Shown here: positions 26,391 to 34,844 of the stretch, in pieces
How positions within the stretch are numbered: position 1 is the stretch's first letter
Layout: every line of letters begins with the position of its first letter
Source: Acutalibacteraceae bacterium
GTDB lineage: Bacteria > Bacillota > Clostridia > Oscillospirales > Acutalibacteraceae
Direction: 5' to 3'
DNA: 64,000 bases
NCBI GenBank assembly: GCA_045654545.1
Contig: JAZONO010000076.1
Coordinates: 2,683 to 66,682, forward strand
The notes under the pieces: model-generated
Database searches by the model: none
What the model saw: only the letters and a program-made list of their open reading frames with translations
Told to the model about the DNA's origin: nothing
Program-made: the position numbers and the translations under genes

Positions 26391-26820
26391 GATTAAACTG
26401 ACGTTGCCTGCCTTGTCGGCAAACGAGAGTTTGGCACGGTCGGTGGTGGCGGCGTTTGTGGCGCAACTGGATCCGCGCGTGGATGAGTTGGTGGATATTC
26501 GCACCGCCGTTTCGGAGGCGGTGACCAACTGTATTGTGCATGCTTATAGAGGCGGTGTGGGCGAGATCATTCTTACGGCACGGCTGTACCATAACGGACG
26601 GGTGGTGATTCGCATTCAAGACCGCGGTTGCGGCATCGCGGACGTGGAAAAAGCACGTGAGCCGCTGTTCACAACGGGAGGCGAGGAACGGTCGGGGTTG
26701 GGCTTTTCGGTGATGGAAAGCCTGTGTGACAAGGTGTCGGTCCGTTCCGTAAACGGGCGCGGCACGGTGGTTACGCTGGAAAAATACATACACAAGGAGG
26801 AAGAGGCGACGGCGTCGTGA
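26368..26820 (+). CDS. spoIIAB: anti-sigma-F factor SpoIIAB (serine kinase)
   Basis: ARSVVAAF, AVSEAVTNCIVHAY, DRGCGI and ERSGLGFSVM are HATPase_c motifs of SpoIIAB. Confidence 0.9.
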   Translation: MRVKAENEIKLTLPALSANESLARSVVAAFVAQLDPRVDELVDIRTAVSEAVTNCIVHAYRGGVGEIILTARLYHNGRVVIRIQDRGCGIADVEKAREPLFTTGGEERSGLGFSVMESLCDKVSVRSVNGRGTVVTLEKYIHKEEEATAS

Positions 26821-27476
26821 CACAGCGCAATACGATCGTTTGTGAAAACATGGGGTTGGTGCACGCCTGTGCACGCCGTTTCATGGGGCGCGGTGTGGAA
26901 TACGATGATCTGGTGCAAGCCGGTTGCGTGGGTTTGGTGAAAGCAGTGGACGGGTTTGATGCTTCGCGCGGATTGCGGCTGTCCACCTATGCCGTACCGG
27001 TGATTATGGGCGAGATACGCCGCCTGTTTCGTGATGGAGGCGCGGTGAAGGTGGGGCGCACGCTGAAAGAACTTTCCTTGCGTACCGCTCGTGAGCGCGA
27101 GCGGTTTGCAGGAGAGGAGGGGAGAGAACCCTCGGTCAGCGAATTGGCCGAAAGGCTTGGCGTGGACACTGCCACTGCCGCCGAAGCGCTCGGTGCCTCG
27201 TTGCCACCGCTGTCCTTGACCCGTTGGGACGATGGGGAGGACAGTGATCAGATCGACCTGCCCGTCCCACCGCCCGAGGAAAGCATCACCGACCGCTTGG
27301 CATTGCGGCAGGTACTGTCCGAACTGGATGAGCGTGATCGCCGTTTGATCGAGTGGCGGTATCTGTACCGCCGCACACAGCAGGTAACCGCCGAAGCGCT
27401 GGGAATGACACAGGTGCAAGTGTCCCGTCGCGAGCGTGTGATATTAAGGGAATTACGCCGTAAACTGACGGGGTAA
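26817..27476 (+). CDS. sigF: sporulation sigma factor SigF
   Basis: YDDLVQAGCVGLVKAVDGFD, STYAVPVIMGEIRRLFRDGG and a region 4 HTH TQQVTAEALGMTQVQVSRRERVIL. GTG start overlaps the spoIIAB stop (GTGA). Confidence 0.85.
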   Translation: MTQRNTIVCENMGLVHACARRFMGRGVEYDDLVQAGCVGLVKAVDGFDASRGLRLSTYAVPVIMGEIRRLFRDGGAVKVGRTLKELSLRTARERERFAGEEGREPSVSELAERLGVDTATAAEALGASLPPLSLTRWDDGEDSDQIDLPVPPPEESITDRLALRQVLSELDERDRRLIEWRYLYRRTQQVTAEALGMTQVQVSRRERVILRELRRKLTG

Positions 27477-27514
27477 AACTTTTTGAAAAATCGTGATTTT
27501 TTTTAAAAAAGCCC

Positions 27515-27543
27515 TTGACATTTCCCATACCATTCGTTATAAT
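27515..27543 (+). promoter_or_regulatory. consensus sigma-A promoter for tRNA-Leu
   Basis: TTGACA (27515..27520), a 17-nt spacer, then TATAAT (27538..27543). Confidence 0.75.
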
Positions 27544-27576
27544 ATCACTTGTCGCCGCAAGAGCGACGGCAGATAT

Positions 27577-27663
27577 GCGGATATGGCGGAATTGGCAGAC
27601 GCGTTAGATTCAGGTTCTAATCGGGGCAACTCGGTGGAGGTTCAAGTCCTCTTATCCGCACCA
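27577..27663 (+). tRNA. tRNA-Leu (anticodon CAG), class II with long variable arm, encoded CCA
   Basis: Acceptor GCGGATA/TATCCGC, anticodon stem TTAGA/TCTAA with loop TTCAGGT, T-arm GGAGG-TTCAAGT-CCTCT. Confidence 0.9.
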
Positions 27664-27669
27664 AAAAAG
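27644..27669 (+). repeat. 26-bp direct repeat, copy 1 (3' end of tRNA-Leu plus 6 nt)
   Basis: AAGTCCTCTTATCCGCACCAAAAAAG is identical to 27861..27886. Confidence 0.9.
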
Positions 27670-27701
27670 AAAGACGGGTATTAACCCGTCTTTCTTTTTT
27701 T
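27664..27701 (+). terminator. intrinsic terminator after tRNA-Leu
   Basis: Stem GAAAGACGGGT/ACCCGTCTTTC with loop ATTA, followed by a T7 run. Confidence 0.85.
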
Positions 27702-27860
27702 CTTAGCAAAAGAGGACTTGAAACGAACTCCAAACATGAGGCATCTTTGATGCCGAAGGTTTGGCAGCAAAGGACGGTCGCCTTCGGCGAAGTCCACCGA
27801 CATTTTTCTTGCATTGCAAGAAAAAGTCGTTATTATTGGACTGTTGCGCTCGTGAGAAGA

Positions 27861-27886
27861 AAGTCCTCTTATCCGCACCAAAAAAG
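27861..27886 (+). repeat. 26-bp direct repeat, copy 2 (att-like duplicate of the tRNA-Leu 3' end)
   Basis: A perfect copy of 27644..27669 that directly abuts the truncation point of the GH3 pseudogene. Confidence 0.9.
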
Positions 27887-28171
27887 GGATACGTTTTTTA
27901 TCAAACTGATTGTGCTTGGTGCGCGCCTCGTCCGAAATGGCGGCGGCCACGTCGAAAAACAGGTCCTCATCCAAGGATGTCGCCATACCGATGGCTTGCG
28001 GAAACACGGTGGCGGTGCTGGCACGCGCCACGCCGTGCAAGCATTCGTTCCACCGGTTGTAGGCAGGTACACCCAAACGTTTAATGGTGGGGTATCGTAT
28101 TTCATCTGTGCCAGTTTTTCTGCCAATGTCATTTGGGCAACCAGTGCTTTTGCCGGTTCTTCAAAGGTCAT
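27887..28171 (-). pseudogene. glycoside hydrolase family 3 (beta-glucosidase/xylosidase-like) N-terminal fragment, frameshifted and 3'-truncated
   Basis: MTFEEPAKALVAQMTLAEKLAQMKYDTPP continues in another frame as GVPAYNRWNECLHGVARASTATVFPQAIGMATSLDEDL. The frame change lies in the A-run near 28078..28082. Only about 95 codons remain, ending at the tRNA-derived repeat. Confidence 0.75.
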
Positions 28172-28262
28172 GACAATCACCTCGCTATCACTGCACCATA
28201 TTCCGCAACACATATAAAGAAAAGATTTTACAAAATATTCATATAAATTCATATATGTGTGA

Positions 28263-28291
28263 TTGAAACTATAGAAGGCGTGTGATACAAT
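28263..28291 (+). promoter_or_regulatory. sigma-A-type promoter for the ABC fusion gene
   Basis: TTGAAA (28263..28268), a 17-nt spacer, then TACAAT (28286..28291). Confidence 0.5.
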
Positions 28292-28320
28292 AAGGTATCC
28301 TATAATGGAGGGATAATGCT

Positions 28321-31300
28321 ATGTTACAACTTTGCCGGATTAAAAAGGAATATCCCGCCGGCAACGGGAAGGTGGAAGCGCTCAAAGGGATCAGCCTGCG
28401 CTTTCGCCGTTCGGAATTTGTTTCAATCCTTGGCCCTTCGGGTTGCGGTAAAACCACGATGCTCAACATCATCGGCGGTTTGGATGCGTATACCGAAGGG
28501 GATCTGATCATCAACGGACGTTCCACCAAAGAGTTCCGTGACCGCGATTGGGACGCATATCGCAACCATTCCATCGGTTTTGTGTTCCAAAGTTATAACC
28601 TGATTCCGCATCAAACGGTGTTGCAAAACGTGGAGTTGGCACTCACCTTGTCGGGCGTGTCCAAAACGGAGCGCCGTGCCCGTGCCAAAAAGGCATTGGA
28701 AGATGTCGGATTGGGCGATCAACTCAAAAAACGCCCGAACGAGATGTCGGGCGGTCAGATGCAACGTGTGGCGATTGCCCGTGCACTGGTGAACGATCCC
28801 GACATCATTTTGGCGGATGAGCCCACGGGTGCACTGGACACCGAAACCAGCGTGCAGGTTATGGAGATTTTGAAAGAGATCTCCAAGGATCGTTTGATCG
28901 TGATGGTGACTCACAACCCCGAATTGGCGGAGCACTATTCTTCGCGTATTATTCGCATGTTGGATGGCGAGATTACCGACGATTCCGCACCGCTCACCGA
29001 CGAGGAGGTTGCGGCGACCGAAGCCGCGTATGCGGCGATGCCCCCGAAAGCGAAAAAAGAGAAGAAGCCTTCCATGTCGTTTGCCACCTCCTTTATGCTG
29101 TCGCTCAAAAATCTCTTTACCAAGAAGGGGCGCACGACCTTGACAGCGTTTGCAGGCTCAATCGGCATTATCGGCATCGCGTTGATTTTGGCGGTGTCGC
29201 AGGGCACGACGGCGTATATCGATTCGGTGCAAGAAAGCACCCTTTCGGCGTATCCCATCACGCTGGAAGCATCCACGGTGGAACTTTCGTCGCTGATTGA
29301 AGCGTTTATGAATATTCAAGACGGCGAATCCGACCACCCCGACGACGCGGTGTACAAAAAAGCGGCGTTGCAGAACATGATCAATGCCTTGGGCTCGCTG
29401 GAAGCCAGACAAAACGACTTGAAAGCGTTTAAGGAATACCTTGAAAAGGAACTCGCCAACCCCGACTCTTCGCTGAAAGAGGCGGTCAACGGTGTGCAAT
29501 ACGGGTATGATCTGGATATGCTGATCTACACCAAAAACGTGGACGGCAAGATTTTGCGTGCCGATACCGAAGAGATCCTGACCGAACTGATCCTTAAATA
29601 TATGGGCATGGATATGTCTCAGATGTCGGCGATGGCGCAATCCTCGCCGATGGGAACAATGGGCACCATGTCGGTGGAACTGTGGCAGGAACTTTTGCCC
29701 GGTGAGAACGGCGCCCCCGTGAACGATCTGTTGTACGAACAGTACGAGGCGGTGTATGGCGATTGGCCGAAGGCGTATAACGAGATCGTGTTGGTGGTGG
29801 ACAAAAACAACGAGCTGGACGACGTGACGTTGTATGCGCTGGGTCTTTTGCCCGAAGCGGATATGGAGGCGTTGATCAATGCCGGTTTGAACAGCACAAC
29901 CGTGGAGAAAAAGGAAGGGCGCTGGACCTATGAAGAGATCGTCGGTCGTGAGTACAAAACCATTTTGAGCGCGGATTGCTATGAACTCAACGCCACCACG
30001 GGGTTGTATGAAGATGCACGCAAAGACGAAAACAAACTGCGCCGCCTGTATGATAACGCGCTGTCCTTGAAGGTGACGGGCATCATCCGCCCGAAAGAGG
30101 ATGCCGACGTGGCGATGCTCACAGGCAGCATTGCGTACACCAACGGGTTGACCAAGTATATGATTGAAAAAGCGGTGGATTCGCCCGTGATCCAAGCGCA
30201 AAAGAATTCGCCTGACCGCGACGTGTTGACGGGTCTGCCCTTCAAACCCGATGCCGGCGCGATGAGCAACTATGACAAAGCTGTCGCCTTCTTGAACCAT
30301 CTGGATACCATGGAGCCCGGCGAGCAGGTGGCGATGTACATGAAGTTGGAAGCACTCAATTTCATGCAACAACGCTTGGCGGAAAAGACGATGGGCAAGA
30401 CCCGTGCCGAAAAAGAAGCGATGGTGATCGCGTTCTTTGCCCAGCAAAGTGGCTATGCAGACGAAGATGCGGCGAAATATTTTGCTGCGCTTTCGGAAGA
30501 AGAATCGAACGAATTGGTCACCCAACTGCTGATGGCGCAGATTTCCATGCAGGAATTGCCGCAAAAACAGCAGGAATTGATGGCGAAACCGATGGAAGAG
30601 TTGCTGGCGGCATTTGCGGTGTTCCGTGCCAATTTGCCGGACGTTCGTTCGGATGTGTTCCAATCGCAAGGCGATGAGGTCAAAGCCCCTGCGTATGCGC
30701 AACTGGCGGCATATTATGACAATTTGATGGAGTTTTCAGAAACCACCTATGAGGATAACCTGAAAGCAATGGGGGATCTAGATCTGGAATCGCCTGCCAC
30801 TATCAACATCTATGCCTCTTCGTTTGAAAACAAAGACATCATCGAAGCAGCGATCACGAAATACAACGATGGTGTGGAAGAGATCAAAAAGATCAAGTAT
30901 ACCGACTATGTCGGGTTGATGATGTCCTCGGTGACCACCATCATCGATGCCATCACCTATGTGCTGATCGCCTTCGTCTCCATTTCGCTTATCGTGTCCT
31001 CCATCATGATCGGTGTCATCACCTTGATCTCGGTGCAGGAACGCACCAAAGAAATTGGTATTCTCCGTGCGATCGGTGCATCCAAACGCGACGTGTCCAG
31101 TATGTTCAACGCCGAAACCATCATTGTCGGCTTTGCGGCAGGTTTGCTTGGCGTGCTGGTGACCTATCTCTTGTGTATTCCCATCAATTTGATCCTCAAT
31201 CACTTCACGGGCATTGCTAATCTGCGTGCGTTCTTGCCCATTGGAGCGGCGATTATTCTGGTGGTGATCAGCGTGTTGCTGACGCTGGTGGCAGGTATCA

Positions 31301-31356
31301 TTCCGTCGCGCAGTGCGGCGAAGAAAGATCCTGTTGTGGCATTGCGTACCGAATAA
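28321..31356 (+). CDS. MacB-type ABC transporter, fused ATP-binding and FtsX-family permease protein with a large extracytoplasmic domain
   Basis: N-terminal NBD (GPSGCGKTT, LSGGQMQRVAIARAL, ILADEPTGALD), a TM helix near residue 280, an exposed region of about 580 aa, and a C-terminal FtsX-like 3-TM bundle (ERTKEIGILRAIGASKRDV). Confidence 0.85.
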   Translation: MLQLCRIKKEYPAGNGKVEALKGISLRFRRSEFVSILGPSGCGKTTMLNIIGGLDAYTEGDLIINGRSTKEFRDRDWDAYRNHSIGFVFQSYNLIPHQTVLQNVELALTLSGVSKTERRARAKKALEDVGLGDQLKKRPNEMSGGQMQRVAIARALVNDPDIILADEPTGALDTETSVQVMEILKEISKDRLIVMVTHNPELAEHYSSRIIRMLDGEITDDSAPLTDEEVAATEAAYAAMPPKAKKEKKPSMSFATSFMLSLKNLFTKKGRTTLTAFAGSIGIIGIALILAVSQGTTAYIDSVQESTLSAYPITLEASTVELSSLIEAFMNIQDGESDHPDDAVYKKAALQNMINALGSLEARQNDLKAFKEYLEKELANPDSSLKEAVNGVQYGYDLDMLIYTKNVDGKILRADTEEILTELILKYMGMDMSQMSAMAQSSPMGTMGTMSVELWQELLPGENGAPVNDLLYEQYEAVYGDWPKAYNEIVLVVDKNNELDDVTLYALGLLPEADMEALINAGLNSTTVEKKEGRWTYEEIVGREYKTILSADCYELNATTGLYEDARKDENKLRRLYDNALSLKVTGIIRPKEDADVAMLTGSIAYTNGLTKYMIEKAVDSPVIQAQKNSPDRDVLTGLPFKPDAGAMSNYDKAVAFLNHLDTMEPGEQVAMYMKLEALNFMQQRLAEKTMGKTRAEKEAMVIAFFAQQSGYADEDAAKYFAALSEEESNELVTQLLMAQISMQELPQKQQELMAKPMEELLAAFAVFRANLPDVRSDVFQSQGDEVKAPAYAQLAAYYDNLMEFSETTYEDNLKAMGDLDLESPATINIYASSFENKDIIEAAITKYNDGVEEIKKIKYTDYVGLMMSSVTTIIDAITYVLIAFVSISLIVSSIMIGVITLISVQERTKEIGILRAIGASKRDVSSMFNAETIIVGFAAGLLGVLVTYLLCIPINLILNHFTGIANLRAFLPIGAAIILVVISVLLTLVAGIIPSRSAAKKDPVVALRTE

Positions 31357-31367
31357 CATCGTATATG

Positions 31368-31395
31368 AAAAGGCATACCGTCGGTATGCCTTTTC
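31368..31395 (+). terminator. intrinsic terminator
   Basis: Stem AGGCATAC/GTATGCCT followed by TTTT. Confidence 0.7.
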
Positions 31396-31536
31396 GCCGT
31401 ATGCGGAATCGGTTTTACAATATGTAAAACCTGCTGAAAACCGCACCTTTCCCTTGACACGCCGTGCGAAAGGTTTTATGATAGAATTAACTGAAAAAAC
31501 GGGGGAGGACCCATGATCCGTTTTAAGGAGTAACGT

Positions 31537-32337
31537 ATGAGTAAGTACACATTGATCACCGGCGCATCCGGCGGCATTGGATGGGAACTGGCACGGCAAT
31601 TTGCCGCAGGCAATCATCCGCTCATTTTGGTGGCGCGCAGTGAAGCGCGCTTGCAGGAAAAGAAGGCGTTGTTGGAAGCGGAATACCACGTTCCTGTGGT
31701 GGTGATACCGCAAGACCTCACCTTGCCTAATGCGGCGCAGGATCTGTTTGACCGCACCGCGGCGGCAGGCTTGTCGGTGGATATTTTGGTGAATAATGCA
31801 GGGTTCGGTGACTTTGTGTCCTTTATCGATGCGGACTGGGAACGGCAACGGGACATGGTGACGCTCAATGTCACTGTGCTGATGCAGTTAACCCACTGCT
31901 ATGCCCGTGCCATGCGTGAAGAGGGCGGCGGCCGCATTTTGAACGTGGCGTCGCTCGCGGCAATGGCGGCAGGTCCGTATATGGCGACCTATTATGCCAC
32001 CAAGGCGTTTGTGCTGTCTTTTTCGCAAGCGATGGCAGAGGAGCTGGCGGAATACGGCATTACCGTGACGGCACTGTGTCCCGGACCGACTGAAAGCAAT
32101 TTCGAAACGGCCGCGAATTTGAAAGGCGGCAATCTGTTCCGTGCTCTGCCGGTGGAAACCGCCGAAAAGGTGGCGCGCCGCGGTTACCGTGCCACCATGA
32201 AAGGGAAAGCCATTCAATTTTGCGGCATCACGGTGCATGCAATGAGTTTTGCTTCGCGTCTGTCGCCGCGTTGGCTCAACCGCAAAGCGACCAAACGTAT
32301 CAACGGTGATCCCCGAGAGAAAGGAGAGGGCGCATGA
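31537..32337 (+). CDS. SDR-family oxidoreductase
   Basis: TGASGGIGWELA (TGxxxGxG), NNAG, and YxxxK within YYATKAF. Confidence 0.9.
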   Translation: MSKYTLITGASGGIGWELARQFAAGNHPLILVARSEARLQEKKALLEAEYHVPVVVIPQDLTLPNAAQDLFDRTAAAGLSVDILVNNAGFGDFVSFIDADWERQRDMVTLNVTVLMQLTHCYARAMREEGGGRILNVASLAAMAAGPYMATYYATKAFVLSFSQAMAEELAEYGITVTALCPGPTESNFETAANLKGGNLFRALPVETAEKVARRGYRATMKGKAIQFCGITVHAMSFASRLSPRWLNRKATKRINGDPREKGEGA

Positions 32338-33326
32338 AACGTGTGTGGATATTCGCGCTCGTAATCTCGGTGTTCATCTCCGTTTTGACGTTACCTGCTT
32401 CGGCTATCGAGTGGTACTATTGGGAGGACGATTGTTTGTCTATTGTGAGCGAGCCGGGTGAATTTCTCGAGGATGGTATACAATATTATCGCGGAGACGA
32501 AGAGATCACGGCGGACGATCTGCAGTGGGTGGATAACGGTGTGGACGGCAAGGCGCTGTATTTGCCGGGCGACGGCACCTTCTTGCGCTTGGATTATACC
32601 GTGGCACGCTTGTCGCAATTCACCTTTTCCGCGTGGGTTAACCGTCAAGGGGACGAAAGCGGTGAGCGCTTGTTCAGTGTGGCACGCAGCGATCAAAACT
32701 ATTTGACTTTTTCGCCATATATGTACGATCCCACACTGTATCGCGAGGACGGATTTGTAAACGGTGTGTATCTGCGGTATCAGTACGGCGGTGCAAACGG
32801 CACGGATCTGGATTTGTTTAATCCTACCAACGAGCAAGTGAGTTATGCTTTGCCGAAAAACGAGTGGCATCACGTGGCGGTGACCGCCGACGGGCGCACG
32901 GCGCGTGTGTATATCGACGGTGTGCTGTGGCTGGAAGATCGCATGCTGAACACGGTGCATGAACTGCTGGCGTTTTCGCTGGATATCGGTACGGGCGAAT
33001 GGGGCGATCCCACTCTGCATGCGTTGCTCGACAATGTAGAAGTGTACCGTAAAGTGCTGAATATGGACGAGATCGCGGCGTTGGCACACGTGGAAGAAAC
33101 CGCGCCGTATCTTCCCACCGCACCTTCCACCACCACCACGACCACCACGACCACCGTTCCCGTTACCACTACGCAAAGCGAGCCGATTCGTCAAACGATG
33201 AGCGAAACGTTGTGGGGCATTCCGCTGTGGGGTGTGTACACACTCGGCGGTATTCTCACGGCATATGTGGTGTTGACCGTGGTGCTGAACCTGCACGACC
33301 GTAAGAAGAAAGGCGGTGGTTCTTGA
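32334..33326 (+). CDS. secreted LamG/concanavalin-A-like domain protein with Thr-rich linker and C-terminal TM anchor
   Basis: Signal peptide MKRVWIFALVISVFISVLTLPASA. FTFSAWVNRQGDESGERLFS...WHHVAVTADGRTARVYIDGVL is typical of Laminin_G_3. A T9 linker is followed by a terminal TM helix. ATGA overlap with the SDR gene. Confidence 0.6.
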   Translation: MKRVWIFALVISVFISVLTLPASAIEWYYWEDDCLSIVSEPGEFLEDGIQYYRGDEEITADDLQWVDNGVDGKALYLPGDGTFLRLDYTVARLSQFTFSAWVNRQGDESGERLFSVARSDQNYLTFSPYMYDPTLYREDGFVNGVYLRYQYGGANGTDLDLFNPTNEQVSYALPKNEWHHVAVTADGRTARVYIDGVLWLEDRMLNTVHELLAFSLDIGTGEWGDPTLHALLDNVEVYRKVLNMDEIAALAHVEETAPYLPTAPSTTTTTTTTTVPVTTTQSEPIRQTMSETLWGIPLWGVYTLGGILTAYVVLTVVLNLHDRKKKGGGS

Positions 33327-33997
33327 TGCAAAAGACACTGATGTGGATTCTTCTGTTATCGACCCTGCTGTGTGCGGTCGGAGGTGTGTCTGTCGGGGCA
33401 ATGGGGAAAGAGACCGCATACGTGTTTTCACTGGACGAAGAAGGCTATTTGATGGAGCAGACCGAAGGGGAACTTGCCTTTTGGGAAGCCCCCGCCGTGT
33501 TGACGGGACAATCGGTCACCGGCGGTGTGCTTACGTTGAAAAACGAAGCGGATCGCGCGGTGAATTTCACCCTGACGTCGGTGTCTTTGCCGTATGACAA
33601 CGAAGAAGCACTCGCGTATTTGGACGCGGTCACCCTTGTGATTACGCAGGGCGACCGTGAGATCTATCGCGCACCGTTCACCCACATTATGGATGCCGAT
33701 CGTGCCCCCATTGTGTTTTCGGGAGTGCAACCGGGTGAAAGCCGCGAGTTGCATTTGTCCATCGCGTGCGATTTTACCTACAGCGGCTCGGTGCCGTCCT
33801 ACGAATCCCTTGTGTGGACGTTTGAATCGTCGGTGGAACCGCTTGTCACACAACCCAGCAGTGCGCCGATCCAACCGGTTCCTGCAACCGACTGGACAAT
33901 GATCGCCAAAATTACCGCCATGGCGTTTGGCGTGTTGGTGCTCACCTGCGTGCTGGTTGCCGTGGTACGGTTGATCCGCAAAAAGATAAAACGGTAA
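33326..33997 (+). CDS. hypothetical secreted protein with C-terminal TM anchor
   Basis: Signal peptide, a probable beta-rich ectodomain, and a terminal TM helix plus KKIKR. The start overlaps the LamG stop (TGATG). No family recognised. Confidence 0.5.
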   Translation: MQKTLMWILLLSTLLCAVGGVSVGAMGKETAYVFSLDEEGYLMEQTEGELAFWEAPAVLTGQSVTGGVLTLKNEADRAVNFTLTSVSLPYDNEEALAYLDAVTLVITQGDREIYRAPFTHIMDADRAPIVFSGVQPGESRELHLSIACDFTYSGSVPSYESLVWTFESSVEPLVTQPSSAPIQPVPATDWTMIAKITAMAFGVLVLTCVLVAVVRLIRKKIKR

Positions 33998-33999
33998 AA

Positions 34000-34040
34000 A
34001 TAAAACGCGGTCGGTGTCAAAACACCGACCGCGTTTGTTA
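34000..34040. terminator. bidirectional intrinsic terminator
   Basis: 15-bp stem AAACGCGGTCGGTGT/ACACCGACCGCGTTT flanked by an A-run and a T-rich tract, between convergent genes. Confidence 0.85.
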
Positions 34041-34841
34041 TTGCGGAGTGAATCCTTCAAATATAAATCCTACAAAATCCTTGCGATGCTCGTCGATCTC
34101 CTTTTGCGAATGGATAGTCCACGCGATGGGGAGGGCACCCAAGCAGGTGCACAAACAGCGGCAGGGATGCCACGCACCGTAATGCCCATAGGACACAAAA
34201 TCGGGGCGTGCAATCACGTTGGTCAACAGACAACCCACCAATTTATGCTTGAACGATTCGTTCAAAAACGGTTCTGCCAACTGTCCGCGGCACACCTGCG
34301 GACGGTTCTTTTTGTACCAACGCAGTACCTGCGGATAGAAGGATTGAATGATGTATTCTCCCGTATACTGTGCCAAGATCGCTTCGGCCGCCTCGCACAG
34401 GGCAGCGGTGTTGCCGTTGTGCATTTTGAATTCGATCAATAGCGGCACACGTCCGTCCACCAACGCCAGCATTTCGCGCAGGGTGGGGATGTGTTCTTCG
34501 CTGTTTTTTAAGCAAAGCGATTTCAATGTGTCCAACGTCTGATCTTCCACGTGGGCATCCACACCGCACATACGGGTGAGGGTATCGTCGTGAAACACAA
34601 CCACTTCGCCGTCGGCGGTGAGGTGAAGATCGCATTCAATGATATACCCGTCCTCGGCCGCCGCCCGAAAGGCAGGAAGCGAGTTTTCGGGGCGATCGGC
34701 ATTGTGCAATCCGCGATGCGCCACAAACGCACCGCGCAGGGTGTCCCGATGTGGATGGCGGCGCGTGGCAGGGAAGAGCAGGAAAAGAAACACCAACGCG
34801 AGGAACAACAGTGTTCCGAGAATCGAAAAAATCCAAGCCAT
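34038..34841 (-). CDS. glycerophosphodiester phosphodiesterase with N-terminal TM anchor
   Basis: VAHRGLHNADRPENSLPAF and ECDLHLTADGEVVVFHDDTL match the GDPD catalytic motifs. Confidence 0.85.
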   Translation of the reverse strand: MAWIFSILGTLLFLALVFLFLLFPATRRHPHRDTLRGAFVAHRGLHNADRPENSLPAFRAAAEDGYIIECDLHLTADGEVVVFHDDTLTRMCGVDAHVEDQTLDTLKSLCLKNSEEHIPTLREMLALVDGRVPLLIEFKMHNGNTAALCEAAEAILAQYTGEYIIQSFYPQVLRWYKKNRPQVCRGQLAEPFLNESFKHKLVGCLLTNVIARPDFVSYGHYGAWHPCRCLCTCLGALPIAWTIHSQKEIDEHRKDFVGFIFEGFTPQ

Positions 34842-34844
34842 TGT

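Noticed and set aside
27703-27730. Possible additional degenerate tRNA gene on the minus strand (GGAGTTCGTTTCAAGTCCTCTTTTGC).
   Set aside because: Only a T-loop plus a 3' T-stem-like 13-nt match is present, with no D-arm, anticodon arm or acceptor pairing. It is treated as part of the att-like scar rather than a tRNA gene.
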